A stretch of 25,315 nt of DNA from Candidatus Aenigmatarchaeota archaeon (GTDB taxonomy: Archaea > Aenigmatarchaeota > Aenigmatarchaeia > CG10238-14 > SCSR01). The notes under the pieces are model-generated. The model did not search any database. It worked only from the letters and a program-made list of their open reading frames with translations, and was not told where the DNA came from. The stretch spans positions 1-25,315 of the forward strand of contig JAWCSL010000011.1 in assembly GCA_039090665.1 (NCBI GenBank). The letters are read 5' to 3'. Position 1 is the first letter of the stretch, and every line of letters begins with the position of its first letter. This document shows, one piece after another, positions 1 through 8,676 of this stretch. The translations under genes and the position numbers were made by a program.

Positions 1-88
1 GCTGAGGCTCAGAATTAGCCGAGGCTTAGGTGCCAAGAAGAAACCTGCTGGGTTAGTGCCTTCGTGGGTTCAAATCCCACCCCCTGCA
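1..88 (+). tRNA. tRNA-Leu, 3' part only (5' end outside window), intron-containing; anticodon most likely TAG
   Basis: T-arm GTGGG-TTCAAAT-CCCAC (64-80), acceptor 3' strand CCCCTGC plus discriminator A (81-88), long variable arm, anticodon-stem 3' strand CCTGC (44-48). Extra sequence in the anticodon arm implies intron(s). Best parse is CT-TAG-G at 25-30 with a 12-nt intron at 31-42. No encoded CCA. Confidence 0.8.
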
Positions 89-102
89 TCCTGTTCTATT
101 GT

Positions 103-164
103 AATGCACCGCAAAATGGGGCTATCTGCAAAGCCAAATTAAGATTAAAAGAAAGCGGTGCATT
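103..164. repeat. Perfect 10-bp inverted repeat AATGCACCGC...GCGGTGCATT, 42-nt spacer
   Basis: Arms at 103-112 and 155-164, GC-rich in an AT-rich background, directly 3' of the tRNA. Confidence 0.6.
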
Positions 165-167
165 GGA

Positions 168-335
168 ATGGATAATGAATTAGACGAAATAAATAGAAAT
201 GACATTCTAAAATTTTCTAAGTATCTTCTTGCAGAAGGTTTATCGGCTGGTAGAATAGGAAAGTATATTTGATTTTGAAATCTTTGGTTAAAATGCTAGA
301 TAAAAAAATTGAAGAACTGTAATAAAGAGGATATT
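168..335 (+). pseudogene. Frameshifted N-terminal remnant of an archaeal tyrosine integrase
   Basis: 168-272 reads MDNELDEINRNDILKFSKYLLAEGLSAGRIGKYI*, continues in another frame as LKSLVKMLDKKIEE (275-316), then CNKEDI (318-335). This resembles the N-terminal core-binding domain of archaeal tRNA-targeting integrases. No catalytic domain follows. Confidence 0.65.
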
Positions 336-459
336 TATTTACAATTTCTTTGCACACCATTCTCCAGAAAGTTCTGGTTTTACTAGTTCTCTACCAGATT
401 CTTGAAAAAACTCTTGATAGTTAAACTTTTAATTTTTTCAGTTGAATGTTTGGTTTCAA

Positions 460-510
460 GTTCTAATCAAAATTAGAACGGTCTTAATTCTTTCTAAGAC
501 TATTTATATT
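460..510 (+). promoter_or_regulatory. Putative promoter (TATA-like TTTATAT at about 503-509) preceded by two palindromes
   Basis: GTTCTAAT-caaa-ATTAGAAC (460-479) and GTCTTA-N8-TAAGAC (481-500) lie immediately upstream of the TATA-like box, about 30 nt before ATG 539. Confidence 0.4.
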
Positions 511-538
511 TACATTCATAATTTTAAGGTGGGGAAAT

Positions 539-688
539 ATGGCTGTAGGTGGTACTTGCCAAGTTTGTAGAAGGTATTCTCCGGGTCTATTTAAATGTCA
601 TGGTTGCGGAGCTTTAGTTTGTCCAAATTGTGTTATAGAAGGCACACCATTTTGTAAATCATGTCAAGGTAGGAGAGTGGTTAAATGA
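539..688 (+). CDS. Small Cys-rich zinc-finger protein, 49 aa, four CxxC (not in ORF track)
   Basis: MAVGGTCQVCRRYSPGLFKCHGCGALVCPNCVIEGTPFCKSCQGRRVVK; SD-like AGGTGGGG upstream; ATGA stop/start overlap with slyD. Confidence 0.85.
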   Translation: MAVGGTCQVCRRYSPGLFKCHGCGALVCPNCVIEGTPFCKSCQGRRVVK

Positions 689-1344
689 ATTCTGGTGATT
701 TTGTTTGTATAGAATATATTGCTAAAGTTAGCGATAGTGGTGAAGTTTTTGACACAACAAAAGAAGATGTGGCAAAAAAAGCAGGAATTTTCAATGAAAG
801 AGTAAAGTATGGGCCTTTGCCGATAATTATAGACGCTGGTTTTATTATAGCTGGATTAAATGAAGCTATAAAAGAAATGAAAGTTGGTGAAAAGAAAAAA
901 ATTCTAATACCACCAGAAAAAGCTTTTGGTGAGAGAAATGAAGATCTCGTAAAGCTTATACCAGAAGCAAAATTTAAAGAACAAGGTATTGATGCCATTC
1001 CTGGTTCTTATGTTATGGTTAACAACTTAAAAGGAAAAATAATAAGCGTTGATGGTGGAAGAGTAAAGATTGATTTTAATCATCCTTTAGCGGGAAAAAG
1101 TCTAGAATATGAAGTCGAAGTTGTTAAAAAAATTGAAGATAAAAAAGAAAAAGTAGGAGCAATTATCAATTATTTCACTGGTATAGAAAATTGTAATGTA
1201 AAAATTGAAAAGGAGGAAGTGGAAATTGAATTAAAAGTTGGAATTGAGAGTAAAGTTAAAGCTGCTATAGCTTCACAAATAATTAAATGGATTGATGGGA
1301 TAGAGATAGTGAAGTTTGTGGAAGTTTTTAAAAAAAGTGAATAA
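685..1344 (+). CDS. slyD: FKBP-type peptidyl-prolyl cis-trans isomerase (SlyD-like, long archaeal type)
   Basis: GEVFDTT, IPPEKAFGER, IDFNHPLAGKSL motifs plus C-terminal extension. Confidence 0.92.
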   Translation: MNSGDFVCIEYIAKVSDSGEVFDTTKEDVAKKAGIFNERVKYGPLPIIIDAGFIIAGLNEAIKEMKVGEKKKILIPPEKAFGERNEDLVKLIPEAKFKEQGIDAIPGSYVMVNNLKGKIISVDGGRVKIDFNHPLAGKSLEYEVEVVKKIEDKKEKVGAIINYFTGIENCNVKIEKEEVEIELKVGIESKVKAAIASQIIKWIDGIEIVKFVEVFKKSE

Positions 1345-1385
1345 GAATTTATTTTTAAACTTTTGAATTATAAAAAGGAAGTTAC

Positions 1386-2474
1386 ATGGGAGTAAAACAA
1401 TTTATAGAAAAACCTTCTGAAAGGACAAAAGAAGTTGATGAAGAACTCAGGGCAATTCTAGAGAGCCGAAAGACTCAAATAAAGGTTGTGGGTGCTGGTG
1501 GTGCTGGAAATAACACAATAACAAGATTAATGCAAGTTGGTATTGTAGGTGCCGAAACAATAGCAATAAACACGGATGCTCAAGACTTGCTTTACACTGA
1601 TGCTGATAAAAAAATTTTGATTGGAAAAGAGCTTACTTCTGGCTTGGGAGCTGGTGGTGATCCAAAAGTTGGAATGGAAGCTGCTAGAGAAAGTAAAGAA
1701 GAAATAAAAAAGGCTTTGCAAGGAGCTGATATGGTTTTCTTGACATGTGGACTTGGTGGTGGTACGGGAACTGGAAGTTTACCAGTTGTTGCAGAAATAG
1801 CAAATAAATTAGGAATATTGACGATTGCTGTAGTGACTTTGCCTTTTAGTATGGAAGGTAAACAAAGGATGGCAAATGCAAGAGAAGGTTTGGAAAATTT
1901 GGAAGATCATGTTGATACCTTGATAGTCATACCGAATGATAGACTTTTGGAAGTTGTTCCAGATGTTTCTTTAGCTACTGCTTTCAAAATTTGTGATGAA
2001 GTTTTAGTTAATGCAGTTAAAGGAATTGCAGAACTTGTAACTAAACCTGGTTTAGTTAATCTTGATTTTGCTGATGTTAGGAGTATAATGAAAAATGGTG
2101 GTTTGGCAATGATTGGAGTAGGTGAAAGTGATAGTGAAAATAGAGCAATAGAAGCTGTTGAAAGAGCTTTGAGCAATCCTTTAATTACAGTAGACGTAAA
2201 TGGTGCTACTGGTGCCTTGATAAATGTTGTGGGTGGCCCAGACATAACTATAAGAGAAGCTCAACAAATAGTTGAAGCAGTTTCTTCAAGACTTTCTCCT
2301 GATGCCAAAATAATTTGGGGTGCACAAATTGCAAAAGAGTTGGGAGAAACTTTAAGAGCAATGCTCGTAATAACTGGTGTGAAATCGCCACAGATTTTTG
2401 GGCCTGGTAAAAAATGGTCGAAAGAAGAGAGAAAAGATATAGAAAGAATATTGGGAATTGATTTTGTTGATTGA
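1386..2474 (+). CDS. ftsZ: Cell division protein FtsZ (FtsZ1-type context)
   Basis: [20 protein letters not shown] signature, NLDFAD T7 loop; conserved archaeal ftsZ-secE-spt5 order. Confidence 0.98.
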   Translation: MGVKQFIEKPSERTKEVDEELRAILESRKTQIKVVGAGGAGNNTITRLMQVGIVGAETIAINTDAQDLLYTDADKKILIGKELTSGLGAGGDPKVGMEAARESKEEIKKALQGADMVFLTCGLGGGTGTGSLPVVAEIANKLGILTIAVVTLPFSMEGKQRMANAREGLENLEDHVDTLIVIPNDRLLEVVPDVSLATAFKICDEVLVNAVKGIAELVTKPGLVNLDFADVRSIMKNGGLAMIGVGESDSENRAIEAVERALSNPLITVDVNGATGALINVVGGPDITIREAQQIVEAVSSRLSPDAKIIWGAQIAKELGETLRAMLVITGVKSPQIFGPGKKWSKEERKDIERILGIDFVD

Positions 2475-2487
2475 CTGGTGTTTGAAA

Positions 2488-2661
2488 ATGAAATTGAACA
2501 TAAGAGAAAAACTGAAAGAATATGTGCGTGTTATTAAACTAAATAAAGCTCCGGATAGAGAGAAGTTTTTGGAAACTTTAAGAGTTTGCATCTTAGGTAT
2601 TTCTGTTCTAGGAGCAATTGGTTTCGTTTTTTATTTAATTTCAATGATTCTTGGTTTATAA
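2488..2661 (+). CDS. secE: Protein translocase subunit SecE/Sec61-gamma
   Basis: EYVRVIKLNKAPDREKF amphipathic helix plus one C-terminal TM helix; start moved to ATG 2488 behind a GGTG SD; synteny. Confidence 0.92.
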   Translation: MKLNIREKLKEYVRVIKLNKAPDREKFLETLRVCILGISVLGAIGFVFYLISMILGL

Positions 2662-2674
2662 GGTGGAAGATAAA

Positions 2675-3115
2675 ATGATTTATAGCATTAAAACTGTTGT
2701 TGGGCGAGAAAATGTTGTGATGGAAGCAATAGCTGCTAAAGCTAAAAGTGAAAATTTGAATATTCAAACAATTTTCCATCCTGAGGAAATAAAGGGATAT
2801 ATTTTCATTGAAGGAGACATCAAAGATATTGAAAGATCAATTCAAATGATACCTCATGTTAGAGGCTTGATTAAAAGACCTATTGAACTGAAAGAAGTGC
2901 AGAGATTTCTGCAACCAAAAACTGTTGAAATTGATTTAAATGTTGGAGATTTAGTTGAAATAATAGGTGGGCCTTTCAAAAATGAAAAAGGTAAAGTTAT
3001 AAGATATGATAAGGTAAAAAGAGAAGTTACAATTGAACTAATAGAAGCTGTTGTACCAATTCCAATAACAGTAAGTGTAGAATTTGTAAAACTTCTAGAA
3101 AAGGCTGGGAAGTAA
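2675..3115 (+). CDS. spt5: Transcription elongation factor Spt5 (NusG)
   Basis: NGN domain (GRENVV, KGYIFIE) and KOW motif (GDLVEIIGGPFK); start at ATG 2675 behind an AGGTGG SD. Confidence 0.96.
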   Translation: MIYSIKTVVGRENVVMEAIAAKAKSENLNIQTIFHPEEIKGYIFIEGDIKDIERSIQMIPHVRGLIKRPIELKEVQRFLQPKTVEIDLNVGDLVEIIGGPFKNEKGKVIRYDKVKREVTIELIEAVVPIPITVSVEFVKLLEKAGK

Positions 3116-3116
3116 A

Positions 3117-3629
3117 ATGGCTGAAAAAGAAATTATTGAACTTTTGATAGAAGGTGGGAAAGCTACTCCTGGGCCAACAACTGCCCCTAAGCTTAGTGCT
3201 TACAAGTTAAATATAGGAGAAGTTTTCAAACAAATAAATGAAAAGACAAAAGAATATGAAGGCATACAAGTTCCTGTGAAAGTGATAATTGATAAAGATA
3301 CTAAGAAATATGAAATTGAAGTTGGTGTTCCTCCTGTTTCAAGTTTAATAAAGAAGGAACTTGGTTTTGTGAAAGAGAAGAAAGAATCTGGGAGCAAATC
3401 AGAAAAAGAAAAGAAAGAAGTTACATTAATGGGAAATTTGACTATGGAACAGTGTATAAAAATTGCAAAGATGAAAATGAAAGATATGTTAGCGAAAGAC
3501 TTAAAATCTGCAGTCAAGACAGTAATTGGTACTGCTGTAAGTATGCCAGTAACAATTGAGGGTAAAAAACCGAAAGAAATTTTAAAAGAAATTGAAGAAG
3601 GAAAGTACGATAATCTTTTTAAATCTTAA
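3117..3629 (+). CDS. rpl11: 50S ribosomal protein uL11
   Basis: LIEGGKATPGP, PPVSSLIKKELG, IAKMKMKDMLAKDLKSAVKTVIGTAVSM; synteny. Confidence 0.95.
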   Translation: MAEKEIIELLIEGGKATPGPTTAPKLSAYKLNIGEVFKQINEKTKEYEGIQVPVKVIIDKDTKKYEIEVGVPPVSSLIKKELGFVKEKKESGSKSEKEKKEVTLMGNLTMEQCIKIAKMKMKDMLAKDLKSAVKTVIGTAVSMPVTIEGKKPKEILKEIEEGKYDNLFKS

Positions 3630-3643
3630 AAATAAATGAAAAG

Positions 3644-3679
3644 TTAAATCCCGCTTGACTGCTTAGGCAGGAGGGTTAA
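3644..3679 (+). promoter_or_regulatory. Putative uL1-binding autoregulatory RNA element overlapping the rpl1 Shine-Dalgarno
   Basis: CCC-GCTTGA-CTGC-ttag-GCAG-GA-GGG forms two helices around an asymmetric loop matching the L1-site strands (C-GC-NNN-A-C and G-GA-G). Confidence 0.7.
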
Positions 3680-3680
3680 A

Positions 3681-4298
3681 ATGAAAGAAAAAATTTTAAA
3701 ATCAATCAAAGAGTTAAGAAAAAATTCTAAGAAAAGGAATTTTGTTCAGAGTTTTGATTTAATAATTTCTTTAAAAGATTTCGATGTGAGAAAAGCAGAA
3801 AACAAATTTACAGAAGATATTCTATTGCCACATGGAAGAGGCGAAGATGCAAAAATTGTTGTTTTTTCTGACACAATAAAAGATCTTGATTGTGAAATTT
3901 TAACAAGTAAAGACATTGAAAAATATGCCAAAAGCAAAAGGGAAATAAAAAAGCTTGTGAAAAATACAGATTTCTTTTTTGCTGAACCTAATTTAATGGT
4001 TTTAGTTGGAAAAGTTTTTGGTCAATTCATGGGGCCTAGAGGAAAATTGCCAAAAATAATAACAGGTGATGTTACTAAACTCGTAGAAAATTACAAAAAA
4101 ACAGTTAGAGTAAGAATAAAAGATGCTCCTGTAATTCAATGTATGGTTGGAAAAGAAAATATGAAAGATGAGGATGTAGCTGAAAATGTTGAAGTAGTAT
4201 TAAAAGCAATACTAACCAAGTTGCCAAGAGGTATTCAAAACATTAAAAATGTTTGGTTGAAATTAACAATGAGTAAACCAGTGAAAATTGAGGTGTAA
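3681..4298 (+). CDS. rpl1: 50S ribosomal protein uL1
   Basis: KKRNFVQSFDLIISLK, LPHGRG, MGPRGKLP, KLTMSKPVK. Confidence 0.97.
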   Translation: MKEKILKSIKELRKNSKKRNFVQSFDLIISLKDFDVRKAENKFTEDILLPHGRGEDAKIVVFSDTIKDLDCEILTSKDIEKYAKSKREIKKLVKNTDFFFAEPNLMVLVGKVFGQFMGPRGKLPKIITGDVTKLVENYKKTVRVRIKDAPVIQCMVGKENMKDEDVAENVEVVLKAILTKLPRGIQNIKNVWLKLTMSKPVKIEV

Positions 4299-4300
4299 AA

Positions 4301-5059
4301 ATGGTTAAAGAAGAAAAAATAAAGAAAGCTGAAGAATTGAGTAAAATGATAGATGAATTTCCAGTTATAGGAATAGTTGATTTATATAAGTTTCCGAGCA
4401 GAGAATTGCAAGAAATAAGAAAAATGATAAGAGGTGAAGGAATAATAAAAGCCGTGAAAAAAAGTACCCTTATTTTTGCCATAAGGCAAACAAAAAAAGA
4501 AAGAATAGAAGAAATTGAAAAAATGATTCCAAACCACGTGGCAATAGTTCTTACAAGAGAAAATGTTTTCAAAATTTATATGAAATTAACCGCTTTGAAA
4601 TTTGAAACTTATGTAAAAGAATCTGATATAGCTCCCAACGATATAGTAATTAAACCTGGTCCAACAAAATTGTTAGCAGGTCCTGCAATAAGTGAGATCT
4701 CAAAAGCAGGAATTCCGGTTGGTGTGGAAGATGGAAAAATTGCAATCAAAAAAGAAGTCACTATTGTGAAGAAAGGGGAAAGGATTTCAAAAGAAGTGGC
4801 AAATGCTTTGAGGAAACTTGAAATTAAACCAATAACCATTTCTCTTAACGTTGTATGTTTTTATGATAATGGTGTTATTTACACAAAAGATGTTTTAGAG
4901 CTTGTTAGGATCTTCCCAGAAAAGTTGGTAATCGGGCATCAACATGCTATTAATCTTTCTGTGAATGTTTGTTATCCAACAAAAGAAAATATAAAGCTTT
5001 TGCTCATCAAAGCCTTTAATAATGCAAAAGTAATAGAAAAAATTGGAGGTGTGAATTAA
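4301..5059 (+). CDS. rpl10: 50S ribosomal protein uL10/P0, C-terminally short (252 aa)
   Basis: [37 protein letters not shown]; synteny. Confidence 0.93.
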   Translation: MVKEEKIKKAEELSKMIDEFPVIGIVDLYKFPSRELQEIRKMIRGEGIIKAVKKSTLIFAIRQTKKERIEEIEKMIPNHVAIVLTRENVFKIYMKLTALKFETYVKESDIAPNDIVIKPGPTKLLAGPAISEISKAGIPVGVEDGKIAIKKEVTIVKKGERISKEVANALRKLEIKPITISLNVVCFYDNGVIYTKDVLELVRIFPEKLVIGHQHAINLSVNVCYPTKENIKLLLIKAFNNAKVIEKIGGVN

Positions 5060-5349
5060 TGGAATATGTTTATTCGGCATTGCTACTTCATCAGGCCAAG
5101 AAACCTATAACTGAAGAAAACATAAAGAAAGTCTTAGAAGCGGTTGGTATTACAGTGGATGAAGCAAAAGTTAAAGCACTAGTAGCTAGTTTAGAAGGTG
5201 TAAATATAGATGAGGTTATACAACAAGCAGCATTAACAGTCTCGGCTCCAAAAGTTGAAGAAGAGAAGAAAGAAGAGAAGAAAGCTAAAGAAGAGAGTCA
5301 AAAAGCAACTGAAGAAGCTGTACTTGGCCTGAGCGCATTGTTCGGATAA
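5059..5349 (+). CDS. rpl12: Ribosomal stalk protein P1 (aL12)
   Basis: [12 protein letters not shown]-terminus, E/K-rich hinge, GLSALFG C-terminus. Confidence 0.97.
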   Translation: MEYVYSALLLHQAKKPITEENIKKVLEAVGITVDEAKVKALVASLEGVNIDEVIQQAALTVSAPKVEEEKKEEKKAKEESQKATEEAVLGLSALFG

Positions 5350-5361
5350 AGAAGGGATTGA

Positions 5362-5988
5362 ATGGAAGAGTTGATTCGGCTTGCAGAAAAAATAGAAAAT
5401 AAAGAACTGAAAAGAAAAGTAATAGAAATTTTGAAAGATCCTAAACTATCCCATGAAGAATTTAAAAAATACCCAAGAGAAGATATAAGCAAAGTAAAGA
5501 CTCCTTTCACTCTTGCTGGACGAGGCACTGTGGAAAGAGGAAATTTAATAAAGCATATTGTATCTGTGACCGAGCTTTCTATTAAAACTGCAGAATGTTT
5601 AGAAAAAAATTATGGAATAGCGATAAACATGGATCACTTGATAGCAGGAGCTTTGCTTCATGATATAATGAAGGTGTTTGAATGGAAAATTGAAGGCAAT
5701 GAAGTAAGACACACCGGAATCATGTTGGATCATTCGATGCTCGCTGTAGCTGAACTTTATCATAGAGGATTTCCAGAAGAAGTTATCCACATTGTTGCTT
5801 CGCATTTTGGTGAAGCTGGTCCAACACCACCCAGAAATTTTGAAGCTTTAATATTACATTATGTAGATACTCTCGCTTCAATGGTAGAATTCTATTTCTC
5901 TACACCAAAAGAACAATCTTTCCAACTCCTTCTCCTTGATGAAGAGACCATAAAAAAACTCACGGGTGAAGATACTGAAAAGGCTTGA
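5362..5988 (+). CDS. HD-domain phosphohydrolase resembling the MptB/MJ0837 family
   Basis: H...GALLHDIMK...DH...AVAELYHRGFP...SH...HYVD HD signature. Confidence 0.85.
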   Translation: MEELIRLAEKIENKELKRKVIEILKDPKLSHEEFKKYPREDISKVKTPFTLAGRGTVERGNLIKHIVSVTELSIKTAECLEKNYGIAINMDHLIAGALLHDIMKVFEWKIEGNEVRHTGIMLDHSMLAVAELYHRGFPEEVIHIVASHFGEAGPTPPRNFEALILHYVDTLASMVEFYFSTPKEQSFQLLLLDEETIKKLTGEDTEKA

Positions 5989-6985
5989 AGAACTTTTTAA
6001 GAAAGGGATTGAATTTTTAAATAGTATAGATGATGAAAAAGCTGTTTTAATTTATGATGATGATGTTGATGGAATTTCTTCTGCTGCTTTGGTAATTTTT
6101 GCCCTGAAAAAAATGGGAAAAAAAGTAAAAACAATTCCAATGACCTTTGGTAATTTAGAAAAAATTTTAATAAAACTAAAAGGATTTAAAAAAATAATAA
6201 CAGTTGATGTGCCTGTTGATTTAATTGAAAAAAATTTTCTCAGTTTGGATAAAGAAATGCTAATAATAGATCATCATCCAGGAAAAGATCTCAATTCTGA
6301 AAAAATTGTCTTGATTAATCCAAGATTAGAGAATCCCGAAATTTATCAACCAACAAGTTATGTTGTTTATAAGATGCTCAAGAACTTGGTCAAAGAAAAG
6401 AAGTGGATCTCGATTGTGGGAACTGTTGGAGATTTAGGAATTGAAGATTGTGGAGATTTGGTTAGAATTAAAAACAAGAAAAATGTTTGGAAGACTAAAT
6501 TTGGTAAAGCGGCCATGCTTCTAACAGCTTCTATAGCTGTCTATGGGCCAGAGAAGAGCCTAAATTTTTTAATCATATCAAAAAGCTTGAAGGAAATAAT
6601 GAAAAATAAAGAAATACTTTCGGCTTTCAAAAAATTTGAAGAAGAATTTGAAAGATGTAAAAGAGAATTTGAAAGAAAATTAGAAATTCATGGTAATATA
6701 TTGATTTCAACTATCAAGCCAAAATATAAGGCAATATGCTCTGCTTTGATAACAAAACTTGGGACTGAAAACCCAGAAAAAATAATTTTTGTTTTTGAAG
6801 ATAAGGGAAAAATTATGAGAATTCATGGTAGGAATAGTGTTGGTAAAACAGATATTGGTAGAATTTTTAGAGAACTAGGAATTGGTGGTGGACATAAAGA
6901 GGCTGGAGCCGGAACAATAGAGAAAAAAGACAAAGAGAAGTTCAAAAGAGAAATTTTAGATAAATTAAAGTTTCTTACAAGCTAA
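5966..6985 (+). CDS. DHH/DHHA1 family phosphoesterase (RecJ-like)
   Basis: DDDVDG, ITVD, IIDHH, GDLG and C-terminal GGGHKEAGAG; GTG start. Confidence 0.9.
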   Translation: MKILKRLEELFKKGIEFLNSIDDEKAVLIYDDDVDGISSAALVIFALKKMGKKVKTIPMTFGNLEKILIKLKGFKKIITVDVPVDLIEKNFLSLDKEMLIIDHHPGKDLNSEKIVLINPRLENPEIYQPTSYVVYKMLKNLVKEKKWISIVGTVGDLGIEDCGDLVRIKNKKNVWKTKFGKAAMLLTASIAVYGPEKSLNFLIISKSLKEIMKNKEILSAFKKFEEEFERCKREFERKLEIHGNILISTIKPKYKAICSALITKLGTENPEKIIFVFEDKGKIMRIHGRNSVGKTDIGRIFRELGIGGGHKEAGAGTIEKKDKEKFKREILDKLKFLTS

Positions 6986-7119
6986 AAAGATTATCTTAAG
7001 TCTTTAAAAGCAAAAAATAAAGCATTAAATTAATTTTTAGATAAGTTCATCGGAAATTTCGGAAATCTGGCCTAAAAACCGAGTTATAGTATTTTCGACA
7101 ATTTATTCAAAGAGGAGCT

Positions 7120-7305
7120 ATGAGATGTTTGAGGTGTAAATCACTAAGAACTTTTGGGTTCATCGATGGATTTGGCCAAAAAAGGATATTTTGTAAAGAT
7201 TGTTTTGGAAGTTTCCTTGAAAGTAAAGCAAAAGAAATTGTGTCTCAGAAGAGTTTACATGAATTTAATCTCGAGCTCTACCACAAACTTGAATTTCATA
7301 ACTAG
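7120..7305 (+). CDS. Small Zn-ribbon protein (61 aa) with PIP-box-like motif
   Basis: CLRC...CKDC; GAGGAG SD; QKSLHEF near the C-terminus. Confidence 0.75.
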   Translation: MRCLRCKSLRTFGFIDGFGQKRIFCKDCFGSFLESKAKEIVSQKSLHEFNLELYHKLEFHN

Positions 7306-7313
7306 GTGAGAAA

Positions 7314-7427
7314 ATGAATGAAATCGCAAGAATTCAAATCTCGTTTTTGATGGATAGAGGAATTAAAAAAGTTAGAACAAACATAGTTGCTGGGAGTAGA
7401 ATTTGGGGGTCTCTCAAAGTTTTATGA
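7314..7427 (+). CDS. Putative 37-aa microprotein (not in ORF track)
   Basis: MNEIARIQISFLMDRGIKKVRTNIVAGSRIWGSLKVL; strong SD AGGTGA overlapping the upstream stop; followed by a T-run. Confidence 0.5.
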   Translation: MNEIARIQISFLMDRGIKKVRTNIVAGSRIWGSLKVL

Positions 7428-7464
7428 ATTTCTTTTTTTAAAAAAAAAATTCAAATTGATTTGT

Positions 7465-7992
7465 ATGAAGATGTTTTTAGATATAGAGTGCACCAACATA
7501 AATGCAGATATTGGACAAATAACAGCAGTTGGTATAATTAAGGAGGATAAGAGAGAAGTAAAGTTTGTTGGAAGTTTGGAAGAAGAAAAAGAAGTTTTGA
7601 ATTGGCTTAAAAAGGAACTGGAAAATTGTGATTTAATAATAACTTGGTATGGGTCCAAATTTGATATACCTTTTATTCTCACACGAGCTTTAATCAATAA
7701 TATAGACATGAGCAAACTGCTTAAAATTCCTTCTTTGGATCTTTGTGAATTTTGTAAAAGAAATTTTTTGTTCAGTAAAAACAATTTATCAGAAATTTCT
7801 AAATCTCTTAACATACAAAAAAACAAAGAAATAAGTGGAAAAGATGTTCTTCGATTATACATAAAAGCTCTTAAAGGTGATAAAAAAGCTAGGGAAGAAA
7901 TTATCAAACATTGTTTGGATGATCTTGAAACTCTAGAAAAAATTTTCAAAAAACTTGAGCCTTATTTAAGTCTAACTACAAAAAACCCATGA
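7465..7992 (+). CDS. RNase H-like DEDD 3'-5' exonuclease (YprB/RNase_H_2-like)
   Basis: FLDIECT, TWYGSKFDIPFI, HCLDDL motifs; start moved to ATG 7465. Confidence 0.85.
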   Translation: MKMFLDIECTNINADIGQITAVGIIKEDKREVKFVGSLEEEKEVLNWLKKELENCDLIITWYGSKFDIPFILTRALINNIDMSKLLKIPSLDLCEFCKRNFLFSKNNLSEISKSLNIQKNKEISGKDVLRLYIKALKGDKKAREEIIKHCLDDLETLEKIFKKLEPYLSLTTKNP

Positions 7993-8633
7993 TCTTTGTC
8001 ATAAGGATCAAGTTTAACAAAATCCAAAATTTCAAAAGTTTCTTCCAACTTTTTTCTAGCTTCTTCATAAATCTCTTCTGGTTCTTTTAAGACATCAATA
8101 CTTCTAGATTTTATAGCAATCATGCCGTAGCCTTTTGATTTGAGAAATTCCATTGAATTTCTAAGAAAAAGTTCAATTTCATCAGGACTAGCAACATCAC
8201 AATAAACTAAATCGACTTTTTCTAAAATCATTTCACGATAGTCTTCTGGTTTTCTTGCATCTGCAAGAATAGGAACAATATTGCCTCTTTTTTCAGCATG
8301 TAAAATTAATTCTCTTAAAACTCTTTCTGAAAATTCAACACCGTAGATTATTCCTTCTCTTCTAATAATGTCACTGAAATGACTAGCTGTAGTGCCGCTT
8401 GCTATTCCAAGATACAGAATTTTTGATCCTTTTTTAATCGGGAATTCTCTTATTCCTTTTTTTATAGCAGCAGCTGGTTTGCTTCTCCAAAAATCCCATA
8501 TTCTATATTCTTCTTTACCTATTCTTATCAATTCTTCTCCATAAACTCTCTCTCCTGGTAAGAGGTTTAGAGTAGCTAGTTTTTTATCTATTAAAAAAAT
8601 CCCCTCAAACTTTTCATGTTTTTTTATTTTCAT
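7962..8633 (-). CDS. flpA: Fibrillarin-like rRNA/tRNA 2'-O-methyltransferase
   Basis: VYGE, YRIWDFWRSKPAAAI, LYLGIASGTTASH, IKSRSID, LDPYDKDH; start moved to ATG 8633. Confidence 0.97.
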   Translation of the reverse strand: MKIKKHEKFEGIFLIDKKLATLNLLPGERVYGEELIRIGKEEYRIWDFWRSKPAAAIKKGIREFPIKKGSKILYLGIASGTTASHFSDIIRREGIIYGVEFSERVLRELILHAEKRGNIVPILADARKPEDYREMILEKVDLVYCDVASPDEIELFLRNSMEFLKSKGYGMIAIKSRSIDVLKEPEEIYEEARKKLEETFEILDFVKLDPYDKDHGFFVVRLK

Positions 8634-8676
8634 TTTAACCACATCTATTTTATAATTCAAATGAAAAATATATTTT

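Noticed and set aside
3365..3425. K/E-rich insertion in uL11
   Set aside because: Short low-complexity loop expansion with no evidence of function.
5257..5300. GAAGAGAAGAAA tandem repeat
   Set aside because: Encodes the ordinary E/K-rich hinge of P1.
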